From: the human T2T-CHM13v2.0 reference genome, Homo sapiens
Assembly: GCA_009914755.4 (NCBI GenBank)
Contig: CP086569.2
Span: 11,808,001-11,872,000 of the forward strand
Length of the DNA: 64,000 nt
Direction: 5' to 3'
The position numbers and the translations under genes are program-made. This document shows, piece by piece, positions 42,801-56,454 of this stretch. The number at the start of each line of letters is the position of its first letter. The stretch's first letter is position 1. Below the pieces are notes generated by a model that was not told the DNA's origin, did not search any database, and saw only the letters and a list, made by a program, of their open reading frames with translations.

Positions 42801-45379
42801 CATAGAATGGAATGGAATGGAATGGAATGGAATGGAATGGAATGGAATGGCATGGAATGGAATGACATGGCATGGCATGGCATGGAATGGAATGGAATGA
42901 AATGGATTGCAATGAGATGGGCCCAAAAGTAATAGACTCAAATAAAAAGGACTCAAATAGAATGAACTGGAAAGAAACGGTCTCGAATGTAATTTATTCG
43001 AATAGAATGATATTGAATGGAATGCAACAGTATGGAATGTTATCGAATAGAATGGAATAGAATGGAAGGGAATGGAACGGAATGGAGTGCAATTGAACGG
43101 ACTCAAATGCAATAAATTGCAATATAATTGATTCAAATGGAATGGAATCGAATAGAATGTAAACAAATGGAATGGAAGGCAATGCAATGGAAAGGATTCG
43201 AATGAAATGGAATAAATGGAATGGAATGGAATGGAAAGGACGCGAATATATTGGACTGTTAAGGAAAGGTGTCAAATCGAATTTATTCCAATAGAATGGA
43301 ATCGAATGGAATGCAATACTATTGAATCGAATCGAATGGAATGGAATTGAATGGAATGGACAGGAATTGGAATGAACTGGAAGTGAATGGACAGGAACGT
43401 AATATATTGCAATGTAATTTATTCAAATGGAATGGAATGCAATCGAATGGAATGGACTCGATTGGAATGGACTGGATTGGAATGGACTCAAATGGAATGA
43501 CAACGAATGTAATGGAATGGAATGGAAAGCAAAGGAATCTACTGGAATAGAATCGAACGGAACAGAAAGGAATGGAATGGAACGGAGTGGAATGGACTCG
43601 AATGGAATGTATTCGAATGTAATGGACCTAAAAAGGAATGGAATCCAATGGAATGGAATTGAATGGAATCAAAAGGAATAGAAAGGAATAGAGTGTAATT
43701 GAATATCGAAAGGAAGGGAATGGAATGAACTCGAATGGAATGCACTGGAATGAAATGGACTCGATGAGAACGGACTGGAGAGGAATGTACACAAAAGGAA
43801 TGGAAACGAATGGAATGGAATGAAATGGAATTGAAAGGAACGGAATCAAATGGAATGGAATGGAATGGAATGGATGGGAATAGGAGGGATTCAAATAAAA
43901 TAGAATCGATGGGAATGGTATTGAATGAAAGGGACTTGAATGGAATGCAAAGCAATGGAAGATATTGGAATCGAATGGCATCGAATGAAATGGAATGGAA
44001 CGGAATGGAACGGAACCGAATGGAATGGAATGGACTCAAATGTAATGGACACCAATGGAATCGACTGAAATATAATAGTGTCGAAAGGAATGGCCTCGAG
44101 TGGAATTTATTTGAATAGAATGGAATCAAATGGAATACAATACCATTGAATGGAATCGAATGGAATGGAATCGAATGGAATGTAATCAAATGGAATGGAA
44201 CGGAATTCAATATAAAGGAGTAGAATGGAATGCATTGGAAAGGAGCAGAGTGGAATCAAGTGGAATGGAATCGAGTGGAATGAAATCAATGGGAACAAAA
44301 TCGAATTGAATGGACTTGAATGGAATTGACTCGAAAGGAATGGACTGGAACAAAAAGGAATCAAATGGACAGGAATGGGATGGAATGGACCCGAATGGAA
44401 TGGAGTCAAATGCAAACGCATCGAATGGAATGGATTGAAATGGAATGCAATGGAATGGAACAGAAAGGAAGAGAATGGAATTGAGAGTAATGGAAAGATA
44501 TCGATTGGAATGAAATGGAATGGAAAGGAATTGAATGGAAAGGAATGGAGTGGAAAGAAATGGATTGGAATGGAATGGTCTCCAATGGAATGGACTGGAG
44601 TGGAATGGAATCGAATGGAATGAAAAGAATGGAACGGAATGGAACGGAAAGGAATAGAATGTTATGGAATCCGATTGGACAGAATGGAATGGAATGGAGT
44701 TTCATGAAATGGAGTCGAATAGAGTGGCATCAAAAGGAATGGAATGGAATGGAGTGGACTCAAAAGGAATGGACTCGAAAGGAATGGAGTCGAACCAAAC
44801 TGATTCAAATGGATTGAAGTCGAACAGAATGGAATGGAATGGAATGAACTCGACTGGAGTAGAGAGGAATGTAAAGGAATAGAATGGAATGTAATCAAAT
44901 GGATTGCAAGTGAATGGAATCAAAAATAATAGAAAGGAATGGAGTGTAAAGGGATGATATTGAATATAATGGAATGGAATGGAATTTAATGGAATGGAGA
45001 CGAAGGAATGGACAGGAATGTAATGGACTCCAATGGAATGGAATGGATCAAAATGGATTTGAACAGATTGGAATCGAACGGAATGGAATGCAATGGAATG
45101 GAATGGACTCGAATGGAGAAGAGACAAATGGAATGGAAACGAATTCAATGGAATTGAAAAGAATAGGATGGAATGGCGTGTAATGGTAAGATACTAAGTG
45201 GAATGGAATTGAATGGAATGTAATGGACCCAAATGTAATGCACTCGAAAGGAATATACTCAAATAGAATGGAATCGAAAGGAAAGGTCTCAAATGGAATT
45301 TATTCAATACAATGGAATCGAATGGAATGCAATAGAATGGAATGGAATCGAATGTAATGGAATCAAATAGAATGGACCA
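39815..45379. repeat. HOR copy 8, 5565 bp, variant D.
   Basis: The 446-aa minus ORF at 39873..41213 is a D marker, shared with 51018..52358 and 62098..63438. There is no ATAAT expansion at 41707-41716: the sequence is ataatataat followed by ggaatggcattgaacg. Confidence 0.85.
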
Positions 45380-48300
45380 GATTGGAATTGACTGCCATAG
45401 AACGGACTGCAGTGTAATGGATTGAATTCTAAATCATTCAAATGGAATGGAATTGAATGGAATGGAATCCAATGGAATGGATAGGATTGTACTGGAATGG
45501 AATAGCATGGAATGCAACGGAGTGGAATGGAGTTGAATGAAGTGGAATGGAATCGATTGGAATGGAATCAAATGGAATGGACGGGAATGGAAGGGACTGG
45601 AAGAGAACAGACTCGAATTTAATGGATTGCACTGTAATTGATTCAAATGGAATGGAATCGAATGGAATGTAATAAAATTGAAGGGATTTGAGTTCAATGC
45701 AATGGAGTAGAATGGAATGCAAAGGAAAGGAAAGGAACGGAGTGAAATCGAGTGTAATGGAATCGAATGGAATGAAATGGAATGGAATGGACTCAAAAGA
45801 AATGGACGAGGGACAAAACGGAATCGAACTGATTGGAATCGAACGGAACGGAATGGAATGGAATGGTCTCCATTGGATCGGAGTAGAACGGACTGGAATG
45901 GAATGGAATGAAATGGAATGGAAAGGAATAGAATGGAATGGAATGGAATGGAATGGAATGGAAGGTAATTGAAAGATATCGAACGGATTGGAAAGGAATG
46001 GAATGGACCCTAATGGAATGGAATGGAATTCAACAGAAACGAATGGAATGGACTGGAGTGAAATGGAGTCGAATGTAATTGACTGGAGTGGAATGGACTC
46101 GAAAGGAATGGACTCGAATAGAATGGACTGGAATGGATTGTACTCGAATGGAGTGGAAAGGAATAAAATGGATTCCACCAGATTGGAATGGAACAGAATG
46201 TAATGGAATGGAATGGAATGCAATGGAATAGCTCCAATGGAATGGAGTCGAATGCAATGGAACAGAAAGGAAAGGAATTGAATGGAATTGAAAGGAATAG
46301 AACAAAATGGAGTGCAAAGGAAAGATATCGAATGGAATGGATCGAAAAGAAATCGAATGGAATGGACAGGAATGGAATGGAATAGAATGGAATAGACTGG
46401 CGTGCAATCAAAACGAATGGAATGGAAACGAATGGAATACAATGGAAAGGAATGGAGTAGAATAAATACTATGGAATGGAATGGAGGCGAAAGGAAAAGA
46501 ATGGATTGGAATGTCGCCGAATGGAAAGCTATGGAATGGAAAGGAATGGATACGAATGGAATGGAATAGAAAGGAACGGAAAGGTAAAGAATGGAATGGA
46601 ATCGGATAGAATGGAATGCAATGTAATGGAGTCGAATGGAAAATAATCGAGTAGAATGATATCGAACGGACTGGAATTTAATAGAATGGAATGGAATGGA
46701 ATGGACTCGAATGGAATGTACTCAAATGGATTAGAATAGAATGGAGTGGAACTAAACGTAATGAACTCGAATGGAATGGACACAAATAGAATGGAAGAGA
46801 AAGGAATGGTATTGAATGGAATTTATTCGAATAGAGTGGAATTCAATGGAATGCAACAGTGTGGCATGGAATCAAATGGAATGGAATCGAATGGAATGGA
46901 CCCGAGTGGAATGGACTCACATAGAACAGCCTCGAATGTAATGGATGACAATGTATTAGATTCGAAAGGACTGAAATCAAATGGAATGTAATCAAGTAGA
47001 ACGGAATTGAATGCATGGAATGGCATAGAAAGTAACGCAATGGAATGGAATAGACTGGAATGGAATGGAATCGGATGGAATGTAATGAAATGTAATGGAA
47101 GGAATGCCATGGAATGGAATGGAATGGAATGCAATGGGACGGTGTATAATGGAGTGCAATGGATTTCAGTGGAATGTAGTCAAAAGGAAAGAAATAGAAT
47201 GGAATTCAATATAATGGAATGGCATCCAATGGCAAGGAATGGAGCGGACTCCAATGGAAACGACATGAAAGGAATATAATATAATGGAGTGGAATATAAT
47301 ATAATATAATATAATATAATATAATATAATATAATATAATGCAATGGAGTTAAAAGTTAAAATATCGAATGGAAAAGAATTGAATGGACTCGAAAGGAAT
47401 ATAATGGAATGGAATGGACTCGAATGGAATGTACTAGAGTTGAATGGAATCGAATGGAATGGAAAACAATGCAAGGGAAAGGAAAGGAATTGAAAGGAAA
47501 GGAATAGAATGGAATGGAATCGGATGGAACGGAATTGAATGGAATGGAAACTAAAGGAATAGAATAGAAAGGAATCGCATTGAATTGAATGGAATGGAAT
47601 GGAATCAGATGGAACAGAAAGGAATGGAATAGAATCGAATGGAATGGCATCGAATGGATGGAATGGAATGGAATGGAATGGAATAGAAAGGAATGGAATG
47701 GGCTCGAATGGAATGTACTCAAATGGAATAGAATAGAATGGAATGGAAGTAAATATAATGGACTCGAATGGAATGCATTGGAATAAATTGGAATTGAGTT
47801 TATTGGATTCGAATGGAAAGGAATGGAATGGAATGGAATGGAATGGAATGGATTCGAATGGAATGGAATCGAATGGAATGGAACGAATTGGAATGTAATT
47901 GAATGGAGTCAAAAACAGTAGAAAGAAAGAAAGTTTCATCGAATGATATCGAATGGAATTGAATGGAATGTACGCGAATGGAATGGAGTGACATGTAACG
48001 GAATCGAAAGGAATGGAATCCAATGAAATGGAATTGAATGGTATAGAAATGTATAGAATGGAATGGAGATTAATGGAAAGATATTAAAATAATGGAATGG
48101 AATTGAGTGGACACGAATGGAATGGACTGGAATGGAAAGGACTCGAATGAAATGGAGCGCATTAGAATGGACTCGAATGGAATGGATTGGAGTGGAATGG
48201 TCTCAAATGGATTGGAAAGGAATGGAATGGAAAGGAATAGAATGGAATGTAATCAAACGGAACGAAATTGAATGGAATGGATTCGACTGGAGCAGAATTG

Positions 48301-50959
48301 AATGGAGTGGAATTGAATGGAATGGAATGCAATCGAATGGAATGGACACGAATCGAATAGAATGAAATGAAATGGCATAGAATGGAATGGAATGGAATGG
48401 AATGGAATGGAATGGAATGGAATGGAATGGCATGGAATGGAATGACATGGCATGGCATGGCATGGAATGGAATGGAATGAAATTGATTGGAATGGGATGG
48501 GCCCAAAAGTAATAGACTCCAATAAAAAGGACTCAAATAGAATGAACTGGAAAGAAACGGTCTCGAATGTAATTTATTCGAATAGAATGATATTGAATGG
48601 AATGCAACAGTATGGAATGTTATCGAATAGAATGGAATAGAATGGAAGGGAATGGAACGGAATGGAGTGCAATTGAACGGACTCAAATGCAATAAATTGC
48701 AATATAATTGATTCAAATGGAATGGAATCGAATAGAATGTAAACAAATGGAATGGAAGGCAATGCAATGGAAAGGAATCGAATGAAATGGAATAAATGGA
48801 ATGGAATGGAATGGAAAGGACGCGAATATATTGGACTGTTAAGGAAAGGTGTCAAATCGAATTTATTCCAATAGAATGGAATCGAATGGAATGCAATACT
48901 ATTGAATCGAATCGAATGCAATGGAATTGAATGGAATGGACAGGAATTGGAATGAACTGGAAGTGAATGGACAGGAACGTAATATATTGCAATGTAATTT
49001 ATTCAAATGGAATGGAATGCAATCGAATGGAATGGACTCGATTGGAATGGACTGGAGTGGAATGGACTCAAATGGAATGGCAAGGAATGGAATGGAATGG
49101 AATGGAAAGCAAAGGAATCTACTGGAATAGAATCGAACGGAACAGAAAGGAATGGAATGGAACGGAGTGGAATGGACTCGAATGGAATGTATTCGAATGT
49201 AATGGACCTAAAAAGGAATGGAATCCAATGGAATGGAATTGAATGGAATCAAAAGGAATAGAAAGGAATAGAGTGTAATTGAATATCGAAAGGAAGGGAA
49301 TGGAATGAACTCGAATGGAATGCACTGGAATGAAATGGACTCGATCAGAACGGACTGGAGAGGAATGTACACAAAAGGAATGGAAACGAATGGAATGGAA
49401 TGAAATGGAATTGAAAGGAACGGAATCAAATGGAATGGAATGGAATGGAATGGATTGGAATAGAATGGATTCAAATAAAATAGAATCGATGGGAATGGTA
49501 TTGAATGAAAGGGACTTGAATGGAATGCAAAGCAATGGAAGATATTGGAATCGAATGGCATCGAATGAAATGGAATGGAACGGAATGGAACGGAACCGAA
49601 TGGAATGGAATGGACTCAAATGTAATGGACACCAATGGAATCGACTGAAATATAATAGTGTCGAAAGGAATGGCCTCGAGTGGAATTTATTTGAATAGAA
49701 TGGAATCAAATGGAATACAATACCATTGAATGGAATCGAATGGAATGGAATCGAATGGAATGTAATCAAATGGAATGGAACGGAATTCAATATAAAGGAG
49801 TAGAATGGAATGCATTGGAAAGGAGCAGAGTGGAATCAAGTGGAATGGAATCGAGTGGAATGGAATCAATGGGAACAAAATCGAATTGAATGGACTTGAA
49901 TGGAATTGACTCGAAAGGAATGGACTGGAACAAAAAGGAATCAAATGGACAGGAATGGGATGGAATGGACCCGAATGGAATGGAGTCAAATGCAAACGCA
50001 TCGAATGGAATGGATTGAAATGGAATGCAATGGAATGGAACAGAAAGGAAGAGAATGGAATTGAGAGTAATGGAAAGATATCGATTGGAATGAAATGGAA
50101 TGGAAAGGAATTGAATGGAAAGGAATGGAGTGGAAAGAAATGGATTGGAATGGAATGGTCTCCAATGGAATGGACTGGAGTGGAATGGAATCGAATGGAA
50201 TGAAAAGAATGGAACGGAATGGAACGGAAAGGAATAGAATGTTATGGAATCCGATTGGACAGAATGGAATGGAATGGAGTTTCATGAAATGGAGTCGAAT
50301 AGAGTGGCATCAAAAGGAATGGAATGGAATGGAGTGGACTCAAAAGGAATGGACTCGAAAGGAATGGAGTCGAACCAAACTGATTCAACTGGATTGAATT
50401 CGAACAGAATGGAATGGAATGGAATGAACTCGACTGGAGTAGAGAGGAATGTAAAGGAATAGAATGGAATGTAATCAAATGGATTGCAAGTGAATGGAAT
50501 CAAAAATAATAGAAAGGAATGGAGTGTAAAGGGATGATATTGAATATAATGGAATGGAATGGAATTTAATGGAATGGAGACGAAGGAATGGACAGGAATG
50601 TAATGGACTCCAATGGAATGGAATGGATCAAAATGGATTTGAACAGATTGGAATCGAACGGAATGGAATGCAATGGAATGGAATGGACTCGAATGGAGAA
50701 GAGACAAATGGAATGGAAACGAATTCAATGGAATTGAAAAGAATAGGATGGAATGGCGTGTAATGGTAAGATACTAAGTGGAATGGAATTGAATGGAATG
50801 TAATGGACCCAAATGTAATGCACTCGAAAGGAATATACTCAAATAGAATGGAATCGAAAGGAAAGGTCTCAAATGGAATTTATTCAATACAATGGAATCG
50901 AATGGAATGCAATAGAATGGAATGGAATCGAATGTAATGGAATCAAGTAGAATGGACCA
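45380..50959. repeat. HOR copy 9, 5580 bp, variant E.
   Basis: The 334-aa minus ORF at 45438..46442 is an E marker, shared with 56513..57517. There is an (ATAAT)9 expansion at 47296-47340. The anchor reads accagattggaattgactgcc. Confidence 0.85.
47296..47340. repeat. (ATAAT)9 microsatellite embedded in HOR copy 9.
   Basis: Nine perfect ataat units run directly after ggaatataatataatggagtggaat. The homologous site in copies 1-6 is ataataaaat and in copies 7, 8, 10 and 12 is ataatataat (2 units). The minus-strand ORF over this site reads YYIILYYIIL. Confidence 0.9.
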
Positions 50960-53900
50960 GAATGGAATGGACTGCCATAGAACGGACTGCAGTGTAATGG
51001 ATTGAATTCTAATTCATTCAAATGGAATGGAATTGAATGGAATGGAATCCAATGGAATGGATAGGATTGTACTGGAATGGAATAGCATGGAATGCAACGG
51101 AGTGGAATGGAGTTGAATGAAGTGGAATGGAATCGATTGGAATGGAATCAAATGGAATGGACGGGAATGGAATGGACTGGAAGAGAACAGACTGGAATTT
51201 AATGGATTGCACTGTAATTGATTCAAATGGAATGGAATCGAATGGAATGTAATAAAATTGAAGGGATTTGAGTTCAATGCAATGGAATAGAATGGAATGC
51301 AAAGGAAAGGAAAGGTACGGAGTGAAATCGAGTGTAATGGAATCGAATGGAATGAAATGGAATGGAATGGACTCAAAAGAAATGGACGAGGGACAAAACG
51401 GAATCGAACTGATTGGAATCGAACGGAACGGAATGGAACGGAATGGTCTCCATTGGATCGGAGTAGAACGGACTGGAATGGAATGGAATGAAATGGAATG
51501 GAAAGGAATAGAATGGAATGGAATGGAATGGAATGGAATGGAAGGTAATGGAAAGATATCGAACGGATTGGAAAGGAATGGAATGCACCCTAATGGAATG
51601 GAATGGAATTCAACAGAAACGAATGGAATGGACTGGAGTGAAATGGAGTCGAATGTAATTGACTGGAGTGGAATGGACTCGAAAGGAATGGACTCGAATA
51701 GAATGGACTGGAATGGATTGTACTCGAATGGAGTGGAATGGAATAAAATGGATTCCACCAGATTGGAATGGAACAGAATGTAATGGAATGGAATGGAATG
51801 CAACGGAATAGCTCCAATGGAATGGAGTCGAATGCAATGGAACAGAAAGGAAAGGAATTGAATGGAATTGAAAGGAATAGAACAAAATGGAGTGCAAAGG
51901 AAAGATATCGAATGGAATGGATCGAAAAGAAATCGAATGGAATGGACAGGAATGGAATGGAATAGAATGGAATAGACTGGCGTGCAATGAAAACGAATGG
52001 AATGGAAACGAATGGAATGCAATGGAAAGGAATGGAGTAGAATAAATACTATGGAATGGAATGGAGGCGAAAGGAAAAGAATGGATTGGAATGTCACCGA
52101 ATGGAAAGATATGGAATGGAAAGGAATGGATACGAATGGAATGGAATAGAAAGGAACGGAAAGGTAAAGAATGGAATGGAATCGGATAGAATGGAATGCA
52201 ATGTAATGGAGTCGAATGGAAAATAATCGTGTAGAATGATATCGAATGGAATGGAATTGAATGGAATGGAATGGAATGGACTCGAATGGAATGTACTCAA
52301 ATGGATTAGAATAGAATGGAATGGAACTAAACGTAATGAACTCGAATGGAATGGACACAATTAGAATGGAAGAGAAAGGAATGGTATTGAATGGAATTTA
52401 TTCGAATAGAGTGGAATTGAATGGAATGCAACAGTGTGGCATGGAATCAAATGGAATGGAATCGAATGGAATGGACCCGAGTGGAATGGACTCACATAGA
52501 ACAGCCTCGAATGTAATGGATGACAATGTATTAGATTCGAAAGGACTGAAATCGAATGGAATGTAATCAAGTAGAACGGAATTGAATGCATGGAATGGCA
52601 TAGAAAGTAACGCAATGGAATGGAATAGACTGGAATGGAATGGAATCGGATGGAATGTAATGAAATGTAATGGAAGGAATGCCATGGAATGGAATGGAAT
52701 GGAATGCAATGGGACGGTGTATAATGGAGTGCAATGGATTTCAGTGGAATGTAGTCAAAAGGAAAGAAATAGAATGGAATTCAATATAATGGAATGGCAT
52801 CCAATGGCAAGGAATGGAGCGGACTCCAATGGAAACGACATGAAAGGAATATAATATAATGGAATGGCATTGAACGAAATGGAACGCAATGGAGTTAAAA
52901 GGTAAAATATCGAATGGAAAAGAATTGAATGGACTCGAAAGGAATATAATGGAATGGAATGGACTCGAATGGAATGTACTAGAGTTGAATGGAATCGAAT
53001 GGAATGGAAAACAATGGAAAGGAAAGGAAGGGAATTGAAAGGAAAGGAATAGAATGGAATGGAATCGGATGGAACGGAATTGAATGGAATGGAAACTACA
53101 GGAATAGAATAGAAAGGAATCGCATTGAATGGAATGGAATGGAATGGAATCAGATGGAACAGAAAGGAATGGAATAGAATCGAATGGAATGGCATCGAAT
53201 GGATGGAATGGAATGGAATGGAATGGAATAGAAAGGAATGGAATGGACTCGAATGGAATGTACTCAAATGGAATAGAATAGAATGGAATGGAAGTAAATA
53301 TAATGGACTCGAATGGAATGCATTGGAATAAATTGGAATTGAGTGTATTGGATTCGAATGGAAAGGAATGGAATGGAATGGAATGGAATGGAATGGAATG
53401 GATTCGAATGGAATGGAATCGAATGGAATGGAACGAATTGGAATGTAATTGAATGGAGTCAAAAACAGTAGAAAGAAATAAAGTTTCATCGAATGATATC
53501 GAATGGAATTGAATAGAATGTACGCGAATGGAATGGACTGGAATGGAATGGAGTGACATGTAACGGAATCGAAAGGAATGGAATCCAATGAAATGGAATT
53601 GAATGGAATAGAAATGAATAGAATGGAATGGAGATTAATGGAAAGATATTAAAATAATGGAATGGAATTGAGTGGACACGAATGGAATGGACTGGAATGG
53701 AAAGGACTCAAATGAAATGGAGCGCATTAGCATGGACTCGAATGGAATGGATTGGAGTGGAATGGTCTCGAATGGATTGGAATGGAATGGAATGGAAAGG
53801 AATAGAATGGAATGTAATCAAATGGAACGAAATTGAATGGAATGGATTCGACTGGAGCAGAATTGAATGGAGTGCAATTGAATGGAATGGAATGCAATCG

Positions 53901-56454
53901 AATGGAATGGACACGAATCGAATAGAATGAAATGAAATGGCATAGAATGGAATGGAATGGAATGGAATGGAATGGAATGGAATGGAATGGAATGGAATGG
54001 AATGGAATGGAATGGAATGGCATGGAATGGAATGACATGGCATGGCATGGCATGGAATGGAATGGAATGAAATGGATTGGAATGAGATGGGCCCAAAAGT
54101 AATAGACTCAAATAAAAAGGACTCAAATAGAATGAACTGGAAAGAAACGGTCTCGAATGTAATTTATTCGAATAGAATGATATTGAATGGAATGCAACAG
54201 TATGGAATGTTATCGAATAGAATGGAATAGAATGGAAGGGAATGGAACGGAATGGAGTGCAATTGAACGGACTCAAATGCAATAAATTGCAATATAATTG
54301 ATTCAAATGGAATGGAATCGAATAGAATGTAAACAAATGGAATGGAAGGCAATGCAATGGAAAGGATTCGAATGAAATGGAATAAATGGAATGGAATGGA
54401 ATGGAAAGGACGCGAATATATTGGACTGTTAAGGAAAGGTGTCAAATCGAATTTATTCCAATAGAATGGAATCGAATGGAATGCAATACTATTGAATCGA
54501 ATCGAATGGAATGGAATTGAATGGAATGGACAGGAATTGGAATGAACTGGAAGTGAATGGACAGGAACGTAATATATTGCAATGTAATTTATTCAAATGG
54601 AATGGAATGCAATCGAATGGAATGGACTCGATTGGAATGGACTGGATTGGAATGGACTCAAATGGAATGACAACGAATGTAATGGAATGGAATGGAAAGC
54701 AAAGGAATCTACTGGAATAGAATCGAACGGAACAGAAAGGAATGGAATGGAACGGAGTGGAATGGACTCGAATGGAATGTATTCGAATGTAATGGACCTA
54801 AAAAGGAATGGAATCCAATGGAATGGAATTGAATGGAATCAAAAGGAATAGAAAGGAATAGAGTGTAATTGAATATCGAAAGGAAGGGAATGGAATGAAC
54901 TCGAATGGAATGCACTGGAATGAAATGGACTCGATGAGAACGGACTGGAGAGGAATGTACACAAAAGGAATGGAAACGAATGGAATGGAATGAAATGGAA
55001 TTGAAAGGAACGGAATCAAATGGAATGGAATGGAATGGAATGGATGGGAATAGGAGGGATTCAAATAAAATAGAATCGATGGGAATGGTATTGAATGAAA
55101 GGGACTTGAATGGAATGCAAAGCAATGGAAGATATTGGAATCGAATGGCATCGAATGAAATGGAATGGAACGGAATGGAACGGAACCGAATGGAATGGAA
55201 TGGACTCAAATGTAATGGACACCAATGGAATCGACTGAAATATAATAGTGTCGAAAGGAATGGCCTCGAGTGGAATTTATTTGAATAGAATGGAATCAAA
55301 TGGAATACAATACCATTGAATGGAATCGAATGGAATGGAATCGAATGGAATGTAATCAAATGGAATGGAACGGAATTCAATATAAAGGAGTAGAATGGAA
55401 TGCATTGGAAAGGAGCAGAGTGGAATCAAGTGGAATGGAATCGAGTGGAATGGAATCAATGGGAACAAAATCGAATTGAATGGACTTGAATGGAATTGAC
55501 TCGAAAGGAATGGACTGGAACAAAAAGGAATCAAATGGACAGGAATGGGATGGAATGGACCCGAATGGAATGGAGTCAAATGCAAACGCATCAAATGGAA
55601 TGGATTGAAATGGAATGCAATGGAATGGAACAGAAAGGAAGTGAATGGAATGGTCTCCAATGGAATGGACTGGAGTGGAATGGAATCGAATGGAATGAAA
55701 AGAATGGAACGGAATGGAACGGAAAGGAATAGAATGTTATGGAATCCGATTGGACAGAATGGAATGGAATGGAGTTTCATGAAATGGAGTCGAATAGAGT
55801 GGCATCAAAAGGAATGGAATGGAATGGAGTGGACTCAAAAGGAATGGACTCGAAAGGAATGGAGTCCAACAAAACTGATTCAAATGGATTGAAGTCGAAC
55901 AGAATGGAATGGAATGGAATGAACTCGACTGGAGTAGAGAGGAATGTAAAGGAATAGAATGGAATGTAATCAAATGGATTGCAAGTGAATGGAATCAAAA
56001 ATAATAGAAAGGAATGGAGTGTAAAGGGATGATATTGAATATAATGGAATGGAATGGAATTTAATGGAATGGAGACGAAGGAATGGACAGGAATGTAATG
56101 GACTCCAATGGAATGGAATGGATCAAAATGGATTTGAACAGATTGGAATCGAACGGAATGGAATGCAATGGAATGGAATGGACTCGAATGGAGAAGAGAC
56201 AAATGGAATGGAAACGAATTCAATGGAATTGAAAAGAATAGGATGGAATGGCGTGTAATGGTAAGATACTAAGTGGAATGGAATTGAATGGAATGTAATG
56301 GACCCAAATTTAATGCACTCGAAAGGAATATACTCAAATAGAATGGAATCGAAAGGAAAGGTCTCAAATGGAATTTATTCAATACAATGGAATCGAATGG
56401 AATGCAATAGAATGGAATGGAATCGAATGTAATGGAATCAAATAGAATGGACCA
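50960..56454. repeat. HOR copy 10, 5495 bp, variant D, with a 95-bp deletion and a +25-bp (GGAAT)n tract expansion.
   Basis: The 446-aa ORF at 51018..52358 is identical in structure to that of copy 8. The deletion junction lies at about 55641-55650. The pure GGAAT run at 53941-54020 is 5 pentamers longer than in copy 8. Confidence 0.85.
55636..55655. other. Junction of a 95-bp deletion private to HOR copy 10.
   Basis: Copy 10 reads cagaaaggaagtgaatggaatggtctccaatgg. Copies 8 and 9 have about 108 bp (gagaatggaattgagagtaatggaaagatatcgattgg...aaatggattggaatggaatgg) between cagaaaggaa and tctccaatgg. In the track, two ORFs fuse into the 167-aa ORF at 55277..55780. Confidence 0.8.
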
